The notes under the pieces are model-generated. The model saw nothing but the letters and a program-made list of their open reading frames with translations, was not told where the DNA came from and made no database searches. This document shows, one piece after another, positions 53,027 to 64,000 of a DNA stretch of 64,000 nt (the stretch's first letter is position 1; the number at the start of each line of letters is the position of its first letter). Source of the DNA: Eledone cirrhosa (lineage: Eukaryota); NCBI GenBank assembly GCA_964016885.1, contig OZ024743.1, positions 330,770,001 through 330,834,000 on the forward strand. The letters are read 5' to 3'. Both the position numbers and the translations under genes were made by a program.

Positions 53027-53849
53027 CTAGCAATGGTACCCGGCGTTGCACGGGATAAGGTATTTTGAAACTCGGGCCGCCAACAGACCTAATCGTGGAA
53101 AAACTGCATACGTGGACAATATGTAAAGAAAATAAACCGAATACTCTGATGGCTGGATAATCTTTAAGATTTTCTTCGATGAAACAGGAAAAATGCAGGT
53201 TTTCACCTAATGCCATAAAAATGCAGGTTTTCACCTAGGCCATAAAAAAGTTGGATTTTCTTTGCTCACGGTATGAAGAAGAGACTGATTAATACATAGT
53301 TACAATTTCAGGGAAATCAGTCTGACGTAACGACTCAAAAAACCCTAAAAACTTGAAAAAACGCATTTTTTTTCAGGTTTTTAGGGTTTTTTGAGTCGTT
53401 ACTAGGGGATCAAAGTGTTGAATTGTTTATGTGCATAACACTCCCTAAAACATAAGTAATACACATGTAAAGTTTGGAAAAAGTCGGTTGAGTACTTCTC
53501 GAGTTTTAGGGATTCAAACTCAGACACACACACACACACAGACATCCTCAGGGAAGTGACGTAATGCAGACAGCCAGACATATAGACAGATATTATAAGG
53601 GCCCGACGTTATATGTATGTATCTATCTAAAAAGAGAAAGACTAAGAATTATAGAGAGAGATCGCTAAATCGCCTAATGCGGTCCCTAGGGCATTGAAAA
53701 TTTGAAACTTTTTTTGCTTAGAACACTCCCCAAAACATAAATATTACAAGTGTAAAGTTTGAAAACAGTTGGTTGGGTGGTTCTCGAGTTTTAGGGATTC
53801 ATACTCACACCCAGACACAGACAGACATCCTCAGTTTTATATATATAGA
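53027..53849 (-). mobile_element. Non-autonomous Helitron
   Basis: The minus strand starts A|TCtatatatataaaa and ends with the hairpin cccgtgcaacgccggg about 8 nt before CTAG|T. No TSD is seen. Confidence 0.8.
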
Positions 53850-54045
53850 TAGCAAAGATTGTCACCTCATCGAACCTGACTTGAACAGACTACATTATAC
53901 TAATGAGGTCTAATAAGACTGAAATATTTCCATACATGTTAGTTGCTGAGTCAGTCTGATGAGATTGCCACCTATGTAAATTAATTTAGTGAAAATATTC
54001 TATTATTTTTGTAAGATTATCTCTCCTTTTACTCTTGAAATCGAA

Positions 54046-54290
54046 TGGCTTAGTGGTTAGATCATTGAGCTTGCAATCGAAAGGTAGTGAGTTCGATTCT
54101 CGGACCGGGTGATGAGTTGTGTCCTTGAGCAAGACACTTTATTTCACGTTGCTCCAGTTTACTCAGCTGTAGAAATGAGTTGCGATCCTGCCAAATCAAT
54201 GGGTGGCAGTAGTTCCATCGGCACACATCGAAAGACTGGTGTAGTGGTTCTGAGAACAATGTGGCTTTGCAGATGATCAATGCACATTGA
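54046..54290 (+). mobile_element. tRNA-derived SINE (V/CORE-like central domain)
   Basis: A box tggcttagtgg, B box gagttcgattc and central gtgtccttgagcaagacact. A decayed minus-strand relative lies near 61650-61760. Confidence 0.7.
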
Positions 54291-54830
54291 CAATGCAAAG
54301 GCGCTCCCGCTGAAGTTAGAAGAGAACTATTGACCTTCAGGAGAAGCAGCGACCCCTGATTGTATTCAGCAACCGAAACAATATGAAGTACACCAAATCC
54401 AATGCTCCTAGGGGCGGCCCTGGTTCTTCTTATTTGCGAGTGTAAACTCGGCCAGATTAGATTAGATTTACTCTTGAGTAGCTAAGCATTACCGCGAGAT
54501 TGTTGATGGTGAAATGCCTTGACATGGATTAACTGCTTTGATATTTGTTCCGGTCAACTGCATCCAGAGTTCAAATCCGTCCGAAGTCAATATCTACTTT
54601 GATCCTTTCGCAGTCGTTGAAATAAAATACCAGTGGAAATGCTGTAGATTGTTGGAAATGTTTAAACTGTCCGACAGAAGGATTTGTGGTATCTGTTCCG
54701 GCCCCATATGTTCTGAACTGGGCTCAAATCTGGCCTCACTCTCACTGAAAAACTTGAGACCCTTTTTACTAGAAATTGCAACCCACATATAGTCTCAGCA
54801 ATGGAAAGACAAACGGGAACATTATTTCCT

Positions 54831-55018
54831 TGGCGGTGGATTGGCAGTATCGGTGGAGGGTCGGACGCCATGCTTTCCAGCATAGTTACGTCCCTTTACG
54901 ATCTGAGTTCAAATCCCGCCGAGGTTGACTTTGCCTTTCATCCTTACGGGGTCGATAAAATAAAGTACCAGTAATGCACTGGGTAATTGCTGGCCTTGTG
55001 CCTAAAGTAGAAACAATT
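54831..55018 (+). mobile_element. tRNA-derived SINE (same family as 44318)
   Basis: Closely similar to 44318-44500. Confidence 0.82.
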
Positions 55019-55490
55019 ATTTCCTTGGTCCGATCTGATGATCAGTTATTTCTTCTGTCAGGTGTTGTGACTGACAGATATGTGTGTATGTATGTGTATG
55101 GGTGTATGTGTATCTGTGTGTATGTGTGTGCCTGTGTGAGTATGTGTGTGCCTGTGTGAGTATGTGTGTGTATGTGTGTGCTTGTGTATGTGTGAGTATG
55201 TGAGTGCCTATATATGTATATGTGTGTATCTGTGTATGTGTGTGTATGTGTATGTCTGTAAGTGCATGTGTGGGTATATATGTGTAGATGTTTGTGCTTG
55301 TGTGTGTATATATGTGTGTGTATGTGTGTATGTGTGTGAGTGCATGTGTGTATGTGTGTGTATTTGTGTGTATGTGTGTGAAAGAGAGGGGAAATTGACA
55401 TGAAAGAAGATAAATGTGAGAAAAATTAGGAAAGCGAGAGAAACATTGAACATGAGAGGATAGGGGAGATAGATAGATAGATAGATAGAT

Positions 55491-55554
<64 letters not shown>

Positions 55555-56596
55555 AGATGGGAGGGTGGAAGGAGAGACTTGTGGGGGAAATGGAGGAGGA
55601 GAAGGGAGAGAATGAGAGAGTGAGAGAGAGGGAGAGGATGGGTGATAATGAGATAGATAGATGGATAGAGAGAAGAGAGAATGAGAAAGAGAGAAAGTGA
55701 GAGAGAGAGAGAGGCTACAATTGGCTGCCATATCTGGAACCTTCAAAATCTGTAAATTTTCAATGGAAAAGGTGTGTGAACCGCAAGCGGGATTATGTTG
55801 ATAAATAAACCTCATTTGGTCACATTACATGAGAGTATCTTGGTCAGCCAATGAAATCTTCATCCGACCTTCGTATATGCATAAATAATTGCATATATGC
55901 ATACAAGCATACATACGTACATACATACGTACATACATACGTACATACATACGTACATACATACGTACATACATACGTACATACATACGTACATACATAC
56001 GTACATACATACATGATGGCTTCCCCCTCGTTATCGAGTATCACCATTGCACGATATAACATTATTAATAATTAACAATTAATGCTATTGTGCAATGCCT
56101 GTGAGTGAAGATATTTTTTAAAGTGAGGAAAGACTGTGCACTGAGCCAATCCCACTCTCTGAGCGACAGTAGCTATAACCCGAAAAGAAGAAAAGATCAA
56201 CATCATCGGTAACTACTGAGTCGCAGGTTTTATATTGGAGTTATCCCAGTCTCCTGAGTTGCCTTCTCCTAGAAGACTGCCCCGACAAAGGCTAGGGGTC
56301 CTTCACTCCCAGTGGTTTAACTGCGTGATCGGGTGTCCAACCCGACTTTTTCTGTGTCCCCGCGCATATACTTACACATGCACGCATGTATATACACATA
56401 TACATATGCACATGTGTATATACATATTTACACATTTGTGGATGGCCGTTGACTCTTCTGAGTTCTTCCGCCCTTTGTCAGGTTTCGTTTTTTGTCCTGC
56501 AGGGTGTCCAAAATCACCCTCCTCATCAAGTAAACTTGGTGGGGTTGCCGGTTTAGTCACCGACGACCCTACTATGTGACAGGTTGTACTGGGTTA

Positions 56597-58637
<2,041 letters not shown>

Positions 58638-59492
58638 ACATACATACATACATACATACATACATACATACATACATACATACATACATACATACATACA
58701 TACATACATACATACATACACACAGACACATACATAGATACATACATACATACATACATACATACATACATACATACATAAGTTTCCTTATATGTACACA
58801 AACATTGCTGGTTGTCACCTCCGATATTTCCTTACTAGACAAAGACATCACGGAACACTGTCTCTAGTTTCCTTTATTAACTTACAATGCAGAAAATATA
58901 ACACACACACAGAGACACACAGAGACACACAGAGACACACAGAGACACACAGAGACACACACACTCACACATTCATCAATATATATATACACTAACAAAC
59001 ACACACTAACACACACACACATACACACTGATATCGCATTAACACACACACATAAACAGACTCACACACTAACACACACATACACTAACACACTAATACA
59101 CATTTAATAACACACGCAGACACACTAACACAGAGACTAACACAGTCACTAACACGTACACACACATACACCTACACTAATACACACACTAACAAATAAA
59201 CTAACACACACATATTCTCACACGCTAGCACACACCCATTAGCACACTGACCAATACACACACTAAAACATATGCAGACTAACATACACTCACTAACATA
59301 CACTTTCACTTATACACACTATACATACGCACACACATATATACATACCCACACACATGTATACACCCAATAATACATGCATTAACACACACACTCAGAC
59401 ACATATACACTAATAAACTCACTAACACTCACTCATGCGCACACTAATACAAACACATCTACATACATACACGCAAAAATACAAACGCATAC

Positions 59493-59533
<41 letters not shown>

Positions 59534-59611
59534 TAGCAGTGAAGAGGAAGAATCGATGTTCTAATAACATCTTAACCTCCCACCTTAAACACATCAATAC
59601 TCCATTTACCT

Positions 59612-59896
59612 TCTTCTTTGCCCTCTTTTTCTGAGAAGGTCGTGGGTGCTAAGTCCTCAATCATTCTTTCCAGTGGGTCCTGTCAGAAGCAACCTTCACC
59701 AATTGATCTGGCTGGATCCCGAAGCGAGACCAGCCGAGCTCATGGATGTTATCTAACCATCTTGCTGGGGTCAGCCCCTGGTTCTTCCGTAAGTTGGTTT
59801 TGCCCGTAAAATCTGTACAGCGATTCTTTCCTTAGATATTTTAACCACATGCCCATAGTATTGGAGCTGTGATCTCCCAGTTCGGAGGTGTAGCGG
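59612..59896 (-). mobile_element. RTE-clade LINE 3' fragment with 12-bp TSD
   Basis: The minus strand encodes RSQLQYYGHV...WLDNI...ASDRTHW-like peptides with a (GAA)n tail. The direct repeat ctccatttacct occurs at 59600-59611 and 59897-59908. Confidence 0.75.
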
Positions 59897-59930
59897 CTCC
59901 ATTTACCTATCTTTAAATATTCATCTACAC

Positions 59931-60211
59931 CAGAGGTGGGGAACCATTGCATGTTGAAAAGCCGCATTAAGTTACTTGTAATATAATAAAGCTGCATTTA
60001 AGAAACCTTAAAATCTACATCATTTTGTAAAAATTTAATTACTATGTACTAATTATCTAAAAAACGAAAAAAATGTTTGCCTTATGGTTTAAATTAAAAT
60101 AATAAAAGAGACAAAAACATATTAATGAAAATTTAAAACTTGTTGGAAATCTTGATTCTTTAAAAAGGCCGCACATAATGGCAGAGAAGGCCGCAAGTTC
60201 CCCCATCTCTG
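59931..60211. mobile_element. hAT (Charlie-like) MITE
   Basis: TIRs cagaggtggggaac / gttcccccatctctg, with 8-bp TSD atctacac / atctacgc. Confidence 0.8.
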
Positions 60212-60648
60212 ATCTACGCAATACAAGCATGTGATCTTATGGTAGTTTGTTGCTATCAATTGTGACGTTTATGTATTTCATTTTGAGAATAACCATGTGA
60301 GCTAGTACTTCTCAAGCAATGCACTTCGACATTACTAGTGTGTTAGTATGCCGTGAGATGTAATTATGTATGTCGCGAAATATAATTAAGTGGGCTGTGA
60401 AAGAACGAAATTCTATTTTAAAATGTGAAAAATATAAATTGAAATTCATTTTAAATTTCATCTCTAACTGTTAATGTGGTGAAACAACTAAACTAGAAAT
60501 GGAAATATTGCCAAAAACAAAAAAAAATCAAAACACCGACCACATATTTCTTATCAATAGCTTCGTTCAATTTATTAACTAATGAACGGTATGAAGACTG
60601 TATTTTTACTTACCTCTATTTTTTATTTAAATGTTATACTAATACATA

Positions 60649-60804
60649 GGCGGCGAATTGTCAGAGTCGTTAGAACGTCGGTTAGAATGCCTTGCGGTGT
60701 TCTCTTCAGTTCTCTGTTCTCTGAGTTCAAATCCCGCCGAGGTCAACTTTGCTTTTGATCCATTCAAGGTCGATAAAAATGTACCAGTCTAGTACTGGGG
60801 TCGA
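60649..60804 (+). mobile_element. tRNA-derived SINE, diverged relative of the 44318 family
   Basis: gagttcaaatcccgccgaggtcaactttgc...gtcgataaaaatgtaccag. Confidence 0.75.
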
Positions 60805-61947
60805 TTCTTCCTCTATATCTCTTTCTCTCACTCTCTATCCTTCTCTGTAAGAAAGCTGCTGTATTCAGACCTGGAGAGGAAATGGACTTAGCTAGGTTTA
60901 CAAATACCCTAGAAACACAGGGTGTTACGTGACCATGCATGCAGAATAGTCGTAGTGGTTACCCCAAGTTGTTTGCCTACTTAATGGCGTAGGAAGGATA
61001 TAGTAGGTAAATATAATCGATCAAATCCCGCCGAGTCTACTACTGGAGTCGATTCTTCCTCTATATCTCTTTCTCACTTCCTTTCTCTCACTCTCTATAT
61101 CTCTTTCTCACTTCCTTTCTCTCACTCTCTATATCTCTTTCTCACTTCCTTTCTCTCACTCTCTATCTTTCTCTGGAAGAAATCTGCTGTATTCAGACCT
61201 GGAGAGGAGAATGGCTCCATCAGGTATTAAAAATTACCCTAGAAACGCCCCGTGCCACTACAGCGCCCCAACGACTCCACTTACGGGACTATACATACTA
61301 ACACATACAACTCGAATTGTGACACGAAGGGTGTCAAAATATGTTTACATGTTCTAAAGTGCGCCATGAGCAAAAACAGTGGGGGTGAGGTGAGCCACTG
61401 ACATAAGTGAACCGATTGTTTCGTTGGCTCTAAACTAAACCTGTCGTTTATTGTTTATCCAGGAAAGGAGAATGGTTTCCTTGGAACGCTTGATACCATG
61501 TGACAGTTTGAGGAAATAAAGACATTTCCAGCTCACACCTATGAAGGTTTAGCTGGCCTCCTACAGGGATTCACCTCATATGAGGTTCCTCTGATGTTTC
61601 AATGATGGTGGTGATGGTGGTGGGGTCTTCCTTCATATCATGAACTGTAACATGAAATAGAATGTCTTGCACAAGATGACAACACAACACACCACCCAGT
61701 CTAGGAATCGAAATAACGATGTTACGATTATGTCCCAATAACCTAACTACAACGGCAAACACCTTCACCTGGCTGTTTGGAAGAAGAGACGAAATAATAC
61801 TCAGGTCTTACACCTGGTCTCAATGATTGCAATAGAATGGTGTCAGGTGATCTGATGGTTGCTTGGTGGTATAAATGGTGACGTTTATGTATTTCATTTT
61901 GAGAATAGCCATGTAAGCTATTACTTTACAAACAACGCACCTCGCCA

Positions 61948-63708
61948 TACTAGTGTGCTACAATGCCGTGAGATCCTCGGTATACTAGTGTGTTACTATG
62001 CCGTGAGATCCTCGGTATACTAGTGTGTTACTATGCCGTTACTATGCCGTGATATCCTTGACATACTAGTGTGTTAATATGCCGTGAGATCCTCGACATA
62101 CTAGTGTGTTACTATGCCGTGAGATCCTCGACATACTAGTGTGTTACTATGCCGTGAGATCCTCGACATACTAGTGTGTTACTATGCCATGAGATCCTCG
62201 GTATACTAGTGTGTTACTATGCCGTGAGATCCTCGACATACTAGTGTGTTACTATGCCATGAGATCCTCGGTATACTAGTGTGTTACTATGCCGTGAGAT
62301 CCTCGGTATACTAGTGTGTTACTATGCCATGAGATCCTCGACATACTAGTGTGTTACTATGCCGTGAGATCCTCGACATACTAGTGTGTAACTATGCCGT
62401 GAGATCCTCGGTATACTAGTGTGTTACTATGCCGTGAGATCTTCGACATACTAGTGTGTTACTATGCCGTGAGATCCTCGACATACTAGTGTGTTACTAT
62501 GCCGTGAGATCCTCGCTATACTAGTGTGTTACTATGCTTTGAGATCCTCGGTATACTAGTGTGTTACTATGCCCTGAGATCTTCGACATACTAGTGTGTT
62601 ACTATGCCGTGAGATCCTCGGTATACTAGTGTGTTACTATGCCGTGAGATCTTCGACATACTAGTGTGTTACTATGCCGTGAGATCCTTGACATACTAGT
62701 GTGTTAATATGCCGTGAGATCCTCGGTATACTAGTGTGTTACTATGCCGTGAGATCCTCGGTATACTAGTGTGTTACTATGCCGTGAGATCTTCGACATA
62801 CTAGTGTGTTACTATGCCCTGAGATCCTCGGTATACTAGTGTGTTACTATGCCGTGAGATCCTCGGTATACTAGCGTGTTACTATACCGTAAGATCCTCG
62901 ACATACTAGTGTGTTACTATGCCGTGAGATCCTCGACATACTAGTGTGTTACTATGCCGTGAGATCATCGACATACTAGTGTGTTAATATGCCGTGAGAT
63001 CCTCGACATACTAGTGTGCTACTATACCGTGAGATCCTCGGTATACTAGTGTGTTACTATACCGTGAGATCCTCGGTATACTAGTGTGTTACTATGCCGT
63101 GAGATCCTCGGTATACTAGTGTGTTACTATACTGTGAGATCCTCGACATACTAGTGTGCTACTATGCCGTGAGAGCCTCGGTATACTAGTGTGTTACTAT
63201 GCCGTGAGATCCTCGGTATACTAGTGTGTTACTATACCGTGAGATCCTCGACATACTAGTGTGCTACTATGCCGTGGGATCCTCGGTATACTAGTGTGTT
63301 ACTATGCTGTGAGATCTTCGACATACTAGTGTGTTACTATGCCCTGAGATCCTCGGTATACTAGTGTGTTACTATGCCGTGAGATCTTCGGTATACTAGT
63401 GTGCTACTATGCCGTGAGATCATCGACATACTAGTGTGTTACTATGCCGTTAGTATGCCGTGAGATCCTTGACATACTAGTGTGTTAATATGCCGTGAGA
63501 TCCTCGGTATACTAGTGTGTTACTATGCCGTGAGATCTTCGACATACTAGTGTGTTACTATGCCGTGAGATCCTCGGTATACTAGTGTGTTACTATGCCG
63601 TGAGATCTTCCACATACTAGTGTGTTTCTATGCCGTGAGATCCTCGGTATACTAGTGTGTTACTATTCCGTGAGATCCTCGGTATACTAGTGTGTTACTA
63701 TGCCGTGA
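61948..63708. repeat. 35-bp minisatellite array (~50 units)
   Basis: Unit tactagtgtgttactatgccgtgagatcctcg(gta/aca). Confidence 0.97.
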
Positions 63709-64000
63709 AATGTTGTTATGTGTGTCACGAAATATTATTAAGTGGGCTGCGAAAAAACGAAATTCTATTTTAAAATGTGAAAAATATAAATTGAAATTCA
63801 TTTTAAATTTCATTTATAACTCTTAATGTGGTGAAACAACTAAACTAGGAATGGAAAAGTTCCCGCACACACACCACAAGAGAGGAATAGTCACTCAGAC
63901 AAGCAAACAATCCGTTCCATTTATCAAAGTCCACTTACAAGGTTTGGTCAGTCTGAAGCTATGGTAGATTGTCCTTATCCAGGGTACCACACCGTGCGAT

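Noticed and set aside
54046-54120. tRNA gene
   Set aside because: A and B boxes are present but no cloverleaf is evident, and the sequence continues into a SINE core.

Overview
Eukaryotic, AT- and microsatellite-rich intergenic or intronic DNA with no recognisable host gene. The SINE types and repeat landscape resemble a cephalopod such as Octopus (inference only). The window is a pile-up of transposable elements. It holds two Penelope-like elements (PLEs) arranged as large tail-out palindromes (1-~2860 and ~17260-30340) and many short PLE-like 3' ends in (TA)n, several carrying hammerhead ribozyme motifs. LINEs include one near-complete and two decayed Tx1/L1-clade copies, a CR1 with an intact ORF2, one full-length and two partial R4/Dong-type elements, and an RTE tail. 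DNA transposons include a DD37D maT, a non-autonomous Helitron and a hAT MITE; there are also tRNA-derived SINEs and two minisatellite arrays (34 and 35 bp). The most notable pattern is a recurring fold-back architecture of PLE insertions from ~30 bp to ~13 kb, with micro-hairpins at the inversion junctions and hammerheads with greatly extended stem II. The 35-bp minisatellite also has a single-monomer paralogue 1.6 kb upstream. Coordinates were read by eye and may be off by a few bases.
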